From contig OZ024743.1 in the NCBI GenBank assembly GCA_964016885.1, positions 33,232,001 to 33,296,000 of the forward strand: 64,000 nt of DNA, in the 5' to 3' direction. Within the stretch, counting starts at the first letter, position 1. Each line of letters starts with the position of its first letter. This DNA is from Eledone cirrhosa (Eukaryota). The translations under genes were made by a program, and so were the position numbers. This document shows positions 40,150 to 52,813 of this stretch, in pieces. Under the pieces are notes generated by a model. That model was not told the origin of the DNA and did not search any database. It saw nothing but the letters and a program-made list of their open reading frames with translations.

Positions 40150-40696
40150 ATGCAGAGACTTTAAAGATGTTCCAACAGTCATGCACACAAAGTTTTTGAC
40201 AAATTTCATGGTTCTGAGATGTCATGGAGATGTCATGCCTCTGCACTTCTTTTCTTAAGGCTTAAAGTTCAGTAGTGCTGAATATAAGGTGTTGGAGAGG
40301 AATATGAAGCCATGGATAGAGGGCAAGAACAAAGGAAGACTGTACACCAACCAACAAGACTCTGTGCGGTCTCATAAGGCCAAGGCCACCCAAGAATGAA
40401 TGAGTTACAATCTCCACAATCATGTCACCCTAAAGAGACAGCCTCCTAATTCTCCAGACCTCACTACTATGTATGGGGTGTCCAAAATAGATAAAGATCA
40501 TCTGATTCGGGCATGTTAACATTTCAGACTTCATATTGAAGCAGTCATCAATGCTAAAGGCTGATTCATTGACTGTGTGTATGAAGAAGAGTCTAAAGAT
40601 TATTCATCCAATTTCTTTCTCAAATAAACCTTCTTTCATGACTTATGCATCTTTTACTAAATTCATGCAAATGTCTCAAGAAACTGAACAACTCTG
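40150..40696 (+). pseudogene. Tc1/mariner-superfamily transposase relic (DD37D/maT-like)
   Basis: VLERNMKPWI...NQQDSVRSHKAKATQE*...PPNSPDL..YYVWG corresponds to the FQQDSAPxH and WPPNSPDLNPxDYxVW motifs; ends ...ctctg|TA. Confidence 0.75.
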
Positions 40697-40809
40697 TATA
40701 TGTGTGTCCTGTGTGATCTGTGTATCTGTTTATGTCCTGTAACATAACAGTTTGAGAAAAAGAGATTGTTAAGATAAAAATAAGTACTTGGTCCTATATG
40801 ATTGATTAA

Positions 40810-41155
40810 ATGGCCAGAATTCCCTCACCTCTTTCTATTCAAACCAACCATAAAAAGGTATTGTTCTCAAGATGAATAATATCAAAATCTTATAGATTTA
40901 ATATTATGTCAGATAATTATGAGATAAAGCCTTTCCTGCTAAAATATAATAGTAAATATAGAGTAATGTAAATGCTAAAGGGTTAACCCTTTACTCTATA
41001 TATACTATTGTATTTTCACAGAAAAGGCTTTACCTTACATAATTATCTCACATAATATTGAAAATATGAGATTTTGATATTATTTATTTTGAGAACAATG
41101 CCTTAACATAAGTATGAGCAGCCAATTATAACTGGTTTAAACAGAAAAAGGTTTA
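40810..41155. mobile_element. Two inverted MITE family 1 copies sharing one TTAA (40983-40986)
   Basis: ...AATGCTAAAGGG TTAA CCCTTTA...; arms are reverse complements; inserted in an old SINE tail. Confidence 0.8.
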
Positions 41156-41706
41156 AGGCAGTATCTCACCTTGGTCATAGTCTAATGATAAATAACTAAA
41201 AGGGTAAAAGAATAAAATGAACTTATTTATGAAACAAAAGATATTCTTGAGATGAAGTAATTTTTGAATTTTTCAAATCATCTGAATATTTTCAAAACAA
41301 CTCTTTAAAAAAAAGAGCATGATATTCCTGTTTATCTTGGATACTTTAGTTATACACCATATTCAAATTCATGCATTCCTTTAAGTTTGTTGAATTCCAT
41401 ATTGTCTGGTTCTCTTTAAATGAAATTGTGTAAGGGAAAATAATTTCTACTTTTCATATTAAATCCTGTCTTAAGACATAGAATAAGTCACAAGTAATAA
41501 TTTAAATCTTTGAAATTCCAAACCAGCAACTTATAATATTAGTTTGCATAAATCTTATGAAGGAAACAAAGAAAAATAGAATCATGAAAGTTGAATAAAA
41601 TAGGTTTCTAGTAAAATTCCAGAGAATTGCAGTTAGCGGGATCATTAGAACAGTTGCTCCCAACCTTTACAACCAAGAATCCCTTGTATTTAAATGAATT
41701 TGTCCA

Positions 41707-41747
<41 letters not shown>

Positions 41748-42296
41748 GCCATGCCTCAAGTTACAATTACTCCCCTTCTAGATTGTTATACAGGGATAAT
41801 ATTAATCAAAACAGCTAACATTTTATATTTAATGATGAATAAGATACCCAATAGCGTGTATATATTTTGTTGTTACTACTTAAAATTTTTGACTCAGCTC
41901 ACAAACCTCTAGGGGTCTGCAGACTCCAGGCTTGGAACTACTGCAATAGAATATCAACATGCATTCCCAATGTATAGCAGTTACTTATGAGCTGCTATTT
42001 CCCAGGCACTCTTTAACTCCTCCTACCTCAGCCCACCTACACCATCATGATTAATTGAGTAATGTATGTTTATGTTAGAACATGATTTCTGGCGAATTTA
42101 ATCTATATATAACTACTGTTTCGTGATTAGAAACCTTTGCTGTGGAAAGAATGAAGGTTGAAAAGTGCAAAGGAAGAACAATGTCAAGTAGTTAGAAGGG
42201 TATTTTGACATGAGGTATAATTAGCAAGAGGAGGGGCAGAAAATAAGAGGTTTGTCATGCAGTTTACCTAGTCTTTATTATCACCCTCTTTATTGC

Positions 42297-42446
42297 CAGT
42301 CCTGGATTAGACATTAAGCAAAATAAGCTCTGGCTAAAGGTTTCAAATATAGAGAAGTCCCCATATGTTTTTTTTTCAGTACAGTATATAGGGCTACCAT
42401 AATATTTTCAATGCTTAGGGCGTCTACAGATTTTACTCTGCCCCTG
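42297..42446. mobile_element. Old hAT MITE (related decayed copies at 48363-48567)
   Basis: cagtcctggatt...tctgcccctg ends; imperfect 8-bp TSD tttattgc/tctattgt. Confidence 0.5.
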
Positions 42447-42669
42447 TCTATTGTTCCCCATCCCATATCACTGTTTTTCATTACTTCTTTCCCATATCAC
42501 CCACTCTCATTCTCTCAAATAATTACAATAAAATAGTATTGATTAAAATAGACACTGTCTTGTTCTCACCAAAACTAAAGAGTCCTCTCTAACCTATGTT
42601 GTTTCTGTGGATTCATTTATTTATTAATTGAGATTATCTAGATTATGAATAACAAAAATAGGGCTTTAA

Positions 42670-42890
42670 CCCTTTAGCATTTACATTATTCTATATTTAC
42701 TATTGTATTTTCACAGAAAAGGCTTTATCTTATATAATTATCTCACATAATATTGAATCTATGATATTTTGATGTTATTTATTTTGAGAACAATACCTTA
42801 ATGTAGGTATGAGTGGCAAGTTACTGTCAGTTTAAACAGAAAGAGGTGAGAGAACTCTGGCCAAATACGGCCAGTTTAAATGCTAAAGGA
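42670..42890 (+). mobile_element. piggyBac-like MITE family 1
   Basis: TTAA|CCCTTTAGCATTTA...TAAATGCTAAAGGA|TTAA. Confidence 0.9.
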
Positions 42891-44270
42891 TTAAAGACAA
42901 TTTCAACTCTTAACTGCATTGTCTTTTAGTTGATATTATTGGAATTATCTCCCTTGCTTACTGTTTTTAATTTTTAATCACTCATAGAGGGAGTATTTTC
43001 TTCAAATTGCAATGATAATCTCAGTTAATCAAAATTTTTCAAATCACTATTACATGTGTGAAACTTTACTAGATGTGTATTTAGCATGTAGAATGCTCCA
43101 ATAGTGTGTATACATGTTTGCACATAAATATGCATTAAACATGTTTATGTAAACAAACACAATAGAAAGATATTCTTACTTGAAACTTGTAGTGTTTGAT
43201 GTCTCTGACTATCTTTTTTTTATGCTTCTTGCTAACTTAATGACTTTAAACATTTAGAGAATGGTTCTCATGTCTTACAAACATTTGTCATTATGACATT
43301 TGATATGTAGGTATTGTTTGCATACATATATTTTCCTTTATTTCTTACTTTCTTTTGCCTTCCACTTAACCCAGTATAAGTCAAGAGGCAGACTTCTTCA
43401 AATAGAGACAGCAGACCCATCATTACAGTAACTGAAGTATCGTGCATGTCTGTGACAATGAAATACTGCCACTTCTATAGTTTTCTATCTCAAAGGTTGT
43501 AGTATAGGTGTGGGCATTGACAGTTCTTCATTTGCTGCTGCAGTCTATGTTGAAGTTGTGTCAGGGCCTAGGAAGTGGAGGCATTGGATTTAACAATGTA
43601 TGTCTTCATCATGAGAGCCTATGATAGGAAGACAATACATTTTCAGAGGAAAGGAGAAAGAGGTACAAAAGGTGTTCATATTTGATAGAAAGTTGATAAC
43701 CATCAAATATATTATATATTATGGAAATAGTTAGCTATTTCATAAATACAATGGGAATATAATCTTAGTGTAATAATTTTATCAAAGAACTCAAGAAATA
43801 GAAAATATCTACATTTCTGAGTATATATTTTATTGTAAAAAGAGTTAACAGCATTTAACATAAAAGAAGCCAGGTTTATACACACATTCAAATAAATATG
43901 CATATTCAATATATATATTATTCCTGAACAAAGCACTTTATTTTTGAAAAAAAAAACAATGTACAGCTACTGCACATCTCCATCCTTCATCAGCAGGTGT
44001 AATGATGCAGATATATAGATATGAAGTCTTAGAGATAATCCTCTAATGAATAAATTACCATAAAGACATGTCACTGTTTCCTTATATGTCTAATACAAAT
44101 AGACAAAGAAATAAATTTAAGAAATATCTTTAAATAGTTAATAAAAATTTTGTCCTCATCGAATTTTTAATCTTACTTTCAAATTCATGCTTGAAGAATG
44201 GTACATGTATATTGCTGTTGCTACACATACTTCAATGTACTTATTACCAGCATATTCTACAAACATATGT

Positions 44271-44616
44271 ATCATCATCTTCATCATCATCATTTTACGT
44301 CCGCTTTTTCCCTGCTTGCAAGGGTGGGACGGGAACTGATTCTGGCTTGATTTCTACAGCTGGATGGCCTTCCTAACACCAACCTCATTTACAGTGAGTG
44401 CTGGGTGCTTTTTTGCCGTGGCACCTCCACGACCACTTTACAGTGGAATAATAGAGACCTCAGTCCCTATCATCTCATTTCTACAGCTGAGTAAACTGGA
44501 GCAATGTGAAATAAAGTGTCTTGCTCAAGGAAACAACACATCACCCGGTCTGAGAATTGAACTCACAACCTTTCGATTGCAAGGCCAATGCTCTAACCAC
44601 TAAGCCATGTGCCTCC
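44271..44616 (-). mobile_element. CORE-type tRNA SINE with RTE-derived tail
   Basis: Full head-CORE-tail-(ATG)n structure, as at 36957. Confidence 0.9.
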
Positions 44617-44847
44617 ATGCTTAACGTAATTCCCATCAGTGCAACACAGTATGTGAAAAGATTGGACCATTGAATTGTATGTCCAACCATTTGACAGGCT
44701 TCTATACACTTTCTGTCTACCCTATTTCACTCTCAACGTTTGGGTCAATTCCAGGCTGTGGTAAATAATACTTACCCATGATATCATGCAGTGAGATCAA
44801 ACTAGGGGCCTCATGATTATGAAACAAACTTCTTAACCATTCAGCTT

Positions 44848-44927
<80 letters not shown>

Positions 44928-44999
44928 TACACATGCATGCACACACATTCACACACACACACATACACACACACATTCACACAAACACACATACACACA
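44848..44999. repeat. (CT)n(CA)n microsatellite
   Basis: Direct inspection. Confidence 0.95.
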
Positions 45000-45599
45000 G
45001 TTATTTCTCGTAAATGTGCAATTATTTTACTTTGAAACCCAAAGTCCTCACAATCAACTCCAGAAAGGAGATTGTAATAAATACACAATTCTTCTTAAAA
45101 TCTTCTAAATGCCATTTTCATAATTCATTTTGTTTTCTGGGAATAATGTTATAAAAACTCCTCAGTTATAAAAGGCTGGTTCTTAAAATCAATGAATAAT
45201 AAAATATTGGAGAATGCAGATCTGATTAAATGACATTGGCAAAATATAAATCAGAATATTTCTTTAGTATGAAAACAGATGGAAGTCAGATGGTATTTTA
45301 AAGGTGGCAGTCAAAGAGAGGACAGCTTGACATTGTTAAAGCTTTCATTAGAGTTGGTGGAAAGGTTTCAAAGTAAAGGGGAATTATATGTTTGAGTATC
45401 TACATAGAAAAATGTTCCTTTTTTTTATATTGTCCCTTGTATGTCTCTCTATTTACCTGTTTCTTAATATGTCTATGTGTGTGTGTGTGTATAGAAGGAG
45501 AAATGCTATACTAGAGAGGACTTATCAAACACATGCAGGCTTGGACAAACAGATGTAAGAACAATGATTATTTATATGTATATATATATATATATGGCT

Positions 45600-45828
45600 G
45601 ACTGAATAAACAAATATTTTTTCATCAAGATACATTTTTTTGTCTGTTGCTTCCTCTCCTCGTTCTCTTCAATATTTCTATTTCTGCTTTTAATTCCCAT
45701 TCTATTTTCTGATGAAGGACTGGCGTCTGAATGTTAAGGCTTTTTTCCTACCACAACAAGCATTAAACTAATAAATATCTTCATTGTACTCTGTTGTTTG
45801 CTGTATTGTTTTCCATTTACTTTTTGGA

Positions 45829-45830
<2 letters not shown>
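45600..45830 (+). mobile_element. Decayed Penelope 3' terminus with degenerate hammerhead (45706-45739)
   Basis: CTGATGA-a-ggac tggc gtct-GAA-tgtt-aag, downstream AATAAA, between TA tracts. Confidence 0.5.
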
Positions 45831-45865
<35 letters not shown>

Positions 45866-45867
<2 letters not shown>

Positions 45868-46570
45868 CATCATCATCATTCTATGTCCGCTTTTCCCTGC
45901 TTGCAAGGGTGGGACAGGTCCTATATCATCATCATCATTTAACGTCTATCTTCCACGGTAGTATGGGTTTAGATGGGAATTGTCCCACTTGAGGCAAAAT
46001 TGGTTGTCTCACTCGTATAGGGCTGTCTGGCAGGTTTTCTACGGCTGGATGCCCTTCCTAACACCAACCACGTGTGGAACTGGGAGGTTTTTACCGTGTT
46101 ACCTACACAGCCACATTACAGCATGGACTGTGTGTTTTTTTGTCGTGGCACCTACATGACCTCATTTATTTTAGACTGGATGTTGTTGTACCAACATGAC
46201 TTTACAGAGAAAGGGTGGTGTTGGTGGGAATGTGGGTGGGGTGGCTAGGGGTAGTGGGATGGGGTATATATTTGGTTAAGAGGTGCCTGCTGACTGTAAG
46301 TTTCGCTTTGTACATAGGCAAGGCGGGTCTCCTGTATTACTGCATATCACCAAAGCTCACGGTCCAGTGACATTGTCTTAGAGAGGTGCAAGTGTGTAAG
46401 GTCGAAATTTATCAAATCATCCCAGGTTTTTCTGGGTCTACCTACTCCATAACTTCCATCAATTTTGATAGCCCTGTACATTTTTATACAACTGTCGTCT
46501 TTCATGCGGATCATGTGACCATACCAACGTAGTCTTCTTTCGAGTAAACAGCATCTGATCCCCTTATTCT
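45866..46570 (-). mobile_element. RTE-C 3' stub (45866-45922) followed by an older 5'-truncated RTE-A copy (45924-46570)
   Basis: Two (CAT)n tails in tandem; [16 protein letters not shown]...[11 protein letters not shown]; premature stop; both ends in (TA)n. Confidence 0.9.
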
Positions 46571-46588
46571 TAATATATATATATATAT

Positions 46589-46958
46589 GGAGGCACATGG
46601 CTTAGTGGTTAGAGCATTGGCCTTGTAATCGAAAGGTTGTGAGTTCAATTCTCAGACCGGGTGATGTGTTGTTTCCTTGAGCAAGACACTTTATTTCACA
46701 TTGCTCCAGTTTACTCAGCTGTAGAAATGAGATGATAGGACTGGGGTCCATATCATTCCACTGCAAAGTGTTCGTGGAGGTACCCAGCCCACACTGTAAA
46801 GTGGACGTGTAGGCACCACGGAAAAAAAGCACCCAGCACTCACTGTAAATGAAGTTGGTGTTAGGAGGGCATCCAGCTGTAGAAATCAAGCCAGAATCAG
46901 TTCCCGTCCCACCCTTGCAAGCAGGGAAAAGCAGACGTAAAATGATGATGATGATGAT
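46589..46958 (+). mobile_element. CORE-type tRNA SINE with RTE-derived tail (internal duplication at 46758-46820)
   Basis: GGAGGCACATGG head immediately after (TA)n; (ATG)n tail. Confidence 0.9.
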
Positions 46959-47410
46959 ATAGTTTTTAGTTATTAGAGAAATACTGAGATGGCATTCATA
47001 TGTATTTTTCTATTATTCATATTTCCATATTGAAATGGCATGCTACGGACCTGTAACTCCTGCCAGAAGGGAGGCATAGGGTTCCATATTAATATATGGT
47101 ATTCTTTATTATATATCATTTATAAATCTGGCAAAGCCCATCTCCTCTCCAGGCCTGAGTACAACAGATATCTTCCAGAGAAGGATAGAGAGTGAGAGAA
47201 AGGAAGTGAGAAAGAAATATAGAAGAAGAATTTACCCCAGTATTAGACTGGTACCTTCTTTATTGATCTTGAATGGATGAAATGCAAAGTTAATGTTGGC
47301 AGAATTTGAACTGAGAGAGCAGAGAGCTGGAACGAATAATGCAGTTCTTACGACTCTGCCAAATCACCACCCTCTGTATTGAAATATGCACATATAAATC
47401 TTTCTCACTG

Positions 47411-47448
<38 letters not shown>

Positions 47449-49793
47449 AACATACCTATATACATTTATCTGTTCACACACACACACACAAGTAACATAC
47501 ATCTAAACATATATACTAACACCTTTGTGTGTATGTACATGAATGTATATTTGTGTGTGCACATGAATATTTATGTTCATAAAAAAAAAAAATTTTCTTT
47601 AACATTTTAAAAATCAAATTTTATTTTACTTTATAATGAATTAATAATCTAAAGCAGATAATGTAATTTTTATTAATTTTGATGTTTGTGACAGTACAGC
47701 TTCAGTTAAGCCATCGAATTACAGTTATTACCATAATATATGTTTATATAGGATAAGTGTAGAATTATTGTCAAACCTTAGCTCTTTATTCATACCATTA
47801 TTTGTTGAATACCAATTTTGCTTTTCACAATGGCTTTAATTCTGTATATGATTGATTGCTTACTGTTTTCAACATTTCTATTTACTTCAATGCCTGAGTG
47901 CTGTGATATTTGCATCTGAATTTATTATATTTGTTTTAGATTTAAAGTTTGACAATAAGAATTACTATTTTAACTGACCAAAATGAAAATGTTCTCAGGA
48001 TTTTATCAGTAATTACCCATTCATTACTCAATCATATCAGAAAGGGATTTAATTGCAACTTCTGATTATTTATATGAATTAATTGCTGTACACATATTTC
48101 TTTTAAAAATCCAATTATGTTAACCTCAGGAGCCAATCAAGAAACATGTGACTGAGTTTGCTGTCAGTTTTGTTTTCTTGTTTCAACTGTAGCAATTTTA
48201 TTTAAGTTTCCTATCACAGTGCATCTCTATAGATGTTTTCATTGGTTACATATATTTGAAAATAAAACAATGAAGAATGAAACTTTAATATTTGAAATTC
48301 TAGTTTAATTCTTTATTGTTTTTGTTGTATGTATTTTTTTTCTATTGATTAGTCATGAAGAAGGCAAGGTTAGATTATGATCTTTAGAGGCCCTAAGCAC
48401 TGAAAAGGTTTAGTGGTGTGTGTGGGGGGGTATAAGCTCTAGTTCTGCTGCAACATTGCACTGTGGCCCATTGTAAATCCAGCTCCAGAAAAGAAACTAT
48501 GGTGCTCCTCTTTACATGAGGCCTTAAGCACTCGCATATTTTGCTTAATGTTTAATCCAGAACTTAATGAAAAGCAATAGTCATGACTCTTTTCAGGGCC
48601 TGTGAGACTGGCATGAGGTAGAGAGAAAGGTATTATAAAATTGGCCACCTAGCTCAAACGTTTTTAACAGAGACAACTCCACTAAAGACACCTGAGGCCC
48701 AAGTAGAAGTGTTAAAGTGGGAGACTGATTAAAGTTGCCAGTCATGTTGGTCACAATGGGATTGAAACACAATGGGATTTAATACATATAAATTAATACC
48801 AAAAAGCATTCTGTTAGACATTTTAATGCTTCCTCCAGTCTACTGCTCTAGACTGGTACTGTAGTTATCAATCACTGGTGGGAAAATTGAAATTATGTTT
48901 GTATCAAGTTTACCCTTTATACCAGCACATTAAGTATTTGTGGGGTTCTGAATTCAATTATATCAACCACCAGCAAAAAGACTACTCTCCAGGTGGTTTT
49001 CTGCTTGTGTAAGTATGTGAATATGTGTATGTATCATAATGTGTCTACCAATGTATACAAATGCATAAAATGGGAAAACTACATTTTTGACATGTAAATA
49101 TTTCTTGCAGTTTATTCAATTTAATACAAAGTCGTTTATTCTATACAAAATGACAGCCCTCAAATTAATTAAGTAAATATGGGATATGAACCAATAATAA
49201 ACAGAAACTTGATTGAAACAGCTAAACACATCTTCAGTGTTATATGAACCCATACTGATTTTCAAATAAAACGTTTTTTTATTGACTCTTATACACTCCA
49301 TAGGCTCTATTCTAGAAATATACAATGTAGTGAATTGCTTATAATTAAAAGGCAAAATTTATTTCATTATGGGAGAATGATCCAAACCTAGAACACCATA
49401 TTTTATTTTGCAATTCATTTACTTTAATATTTAAGTACAATATTTATATTTGCTGAAGCCAGAAAGCTATGTAAACGCAGATATTAATATATTAACATAG
49501 ATGTGATGTGTACATTCTTTGATTCTCTTCAAATGCCATCCTAATACATCTACATTTAAGGATATATAATGAATTCTCAATGAATTAACATATATGTGGT
49601 TGAGTATTCCACAGACACGTGTATTTTTGATATAATTATCAAGCAAAATGAGCAATCACAATATCTAACCGAGATGACCATTTGTATTACAGGTACAATC
49701 CATCTGATAAGTTTTCATCTATCTAAGTTCTTACAAAGCCTGAATTGGCCTGAGATTATGGTAAAGCCATTATATTATATTATTTATTTATGC

Positions 49794-50421
<628 letters not shown>

Positions 50422-50556
50422 AGAAAGTGAGGTTTTTTTACAAAATGAAAAATAACCAAGGTGTCCTACACGAGTGAAAGTATAAAGAAAAAAAGATGAA
50501 ATCGAAAATGCAACTGGAGTTTTATTTTTTTTTAAATATATATATTTATTTGGTTT

Positions 50557-50592
50557 CTTTACCGGTTTCACAGTTCTTCTGCTTTTCAAAAG
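50557..50592 (-). ncRNA. Hammerhead-like motif with U3-A8 core variant, in a TA-flanked island (50423-50625)
   Basis: CUU-UUGAAAA-GCAG aagaa CUGU-GAA-ACCGGU-A-AAG followed by AAUAAA. Confidence 0.55.
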
Positions 50593-50628
50593 TAGAGTTG
50601 AGATGGAGGGTCTGTGGTTTTTCTCATA

Positions 50629-50674
<46 letters not shown>

Positions 50675-50694
50675 TATATACATATATAGAGAGA

Positions 50695-51185
50695 CATACC
50701 GCTGCTACGTCTCGATTCTTAGACATTTTTTAATGTATTCTTGGCGCGATCACTTTAGAAAATTTATTGTCTAGATTTGAGCTAACTCCTGAAGAGTCCA
50801 GTGCTCAAGGTTCCGAAGCTATCGGATATCTTAAAATGCGGACGAAACCATGGTCGAGGTAAATAAATGTATGCTCTTTTCTCCTAGTTTATTTTACACC
50901 TAATTTTGTTTAATTGACTGTATATCTGGGCGATTACGCTGTCGAAATATTCGATAAATATTCCGTCGCAGCCGGCGCGAAGGGCTGGTTATTTGTTGGA
51001 GATTTCTTCATAGAAGCCTTATTCTTATAGCTTGGTCTATTCGATTTTTTATATGGTTAATTATGCTAATTGGGAGAGGAAATGGTATATATTTTATCTG
51101 GTGATTCTATAATGTTTTATGATATATAGCTCTGAATATTTAATTTATTAACTTTTCTTTGAGCCACAAAGTGACCTGTTGCAAA
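50695..51185 (+). mobile_element. CpG-rich island, probable Penelope pseudo-LTR carrying the hammerhead
   Basis: Bounded by TA tracts; undecayed CpGs; HHR plus polyA signal arrangement typical of PLE termini. Confidence 0.55.
50786..50858 (+). ncRNA. Type-I hammerhead ribozyme (canonical core)
   Basis: CUC-CUGAAGA-GUCC...GGAC-GAA-ACCAUGGU-C-GAG; GUC cleavage triplet; helix II extended by a UCCGA/UCGGA stem; AAUAAA just downstream. Confidence 0.85.
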
Positions 51186-51347
51186 ACACGTATATGTATA
51201 TATATATATATGTAAACCTTTATATATATATACATATATATATATACATATATACATATATATATACATATATATATATACATATATATATATATACATA
51301 TATATATACATATATATATATATACATATATATACATATATATATAT

Positions 51348-52739
51348 GGAGGAAGTTATAGTTCACTTGAAGCATTGTGTAATGAGGTATAAACGTTTGT
51401 ATATGTATAATAAAGCCAAAACGATGCAGGTATGGACATAGAATAAAGAATGAAAATGCAAAAGATATTGTTGACAATTAGTCTTTTACCTTAGATTTAT
51501 TTAAATGTCCTTAATTTTCGAGATAATATCTCTTCTTCAGAGGGAAGTAAATCTGTTAATCCAGTGTTCTAAATAGCTTGCCAAGTCATGCTGACAGGAA
51601 ATGGTATAGAGTATCTGTTCTATCTCTAATGTAGTCTCCCTTTAAAAGGGTTTTTTTGTTTTTTTGTACATGCCTGTTTAAGTGTGTGGGAGAATGCATG
51701 AAGGTGTGTGTGTGTGAGTATGAGAAGATATATCTATACGTAAATGTGGGGGATAGATGTTATCTCGTGTTAGAATTGGTTTTGTGTGTGTACGTGTGAG
51801 AGTGAAGGTGTAAGCGTGTGTGTGGGGGAGGTGTAAATATGGGGCTAGAAGCTCTATAAAGTTATAAATTGGGTGCTGAGTTCTAGTCTATTATTGATTG
51901 GTAGTAGTGTTTTGTCTATAATTAGTGCTTCCTTAATTCTTAGATTGCTGAGGTTTCTTTCCTTAGTTTCTATCCTAACTGTTATGGTTTTGTCAGTGTT
52001 TTTGCATTTAACTAGGTGTTTCTTAAATGAGGAAGCGTTAGTATTGAGGTGTTCTTTTATTCTTATGTGGAGTGGTCTGGTGGTGCTACCTACGTTTTTG
52101 TATGTAACTAAACACCAACAAAACCATAACAGTTAGGATAGAAACTAAGGAAAGAAACCTCGGCAATCTTAGAATTAAGGAAGCATTAATTATAGACAAA
52201 ACACAACCACCAATCAATAATAGACTAGAACTCAACACCCAATTTATAACTTGATAGAGCTTCTAACCCCATATTTACACCCCCCCCCCACACACACGCT
52301 TACACCTCCACTTATTCTCTCTCACACATACACACACAAAACCAAATCTAACACGAGATAACATCTATCCCCCACATTTACGTATAGACATATCTTCTCA
52401 CACTCACACACACACTCACATACTTACACCTTCATGCATTCTCCCACACACTTAAACAGGCATGTACAAAAAAACAAAAAAAAACCTTTTAAAGGGAGAC
52501 TACATTAGAGATAGAACAGATACTGTATACCATTTCCTGTCAGCATGCCTTGGCAAGCTATTTAGAACACTGGATTAACAGCTTTACTTCCCTCTGAAGA
52601 AGAGATATTATCTCGAAAATTAAGGACATTTAAATAAATCTGAGGTAAAAGACTAATTGTCAACAATATCTTTTGCATTTGCATTCTTTATTCTATGTCC
52701 ATAACTGCATTGTTTTGGCTTTATTATACATATACAAAC

Positions 52740-52745
<6 letters not shown>
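51348..52745. mobile_element. Penelope-like element 3' end with inverted duplicate (about 600-bp arms)
   Basis: 51388-51993 is the reverse complement of 52118-52745; minus strand encodes VGSTTRPLHIRIKEH...IKEALII...INNRLE* (GIY-YIG C-terminal part); HHR-like motif in both arms (51509-51543 -, 52591-52625 +). Confidence 0.85.

Positions 52746-52810
<65 letters not shown>

Positions 52811-52813
<3 letters not shown>

Noticed and set aside
46589-46660. tRNA-like sequences with A and B boxes
   Set aside because: SINE heads continuous with CORE or Meta bodies; I could not build a complete cloverleaf, so they are not called tRNA genes
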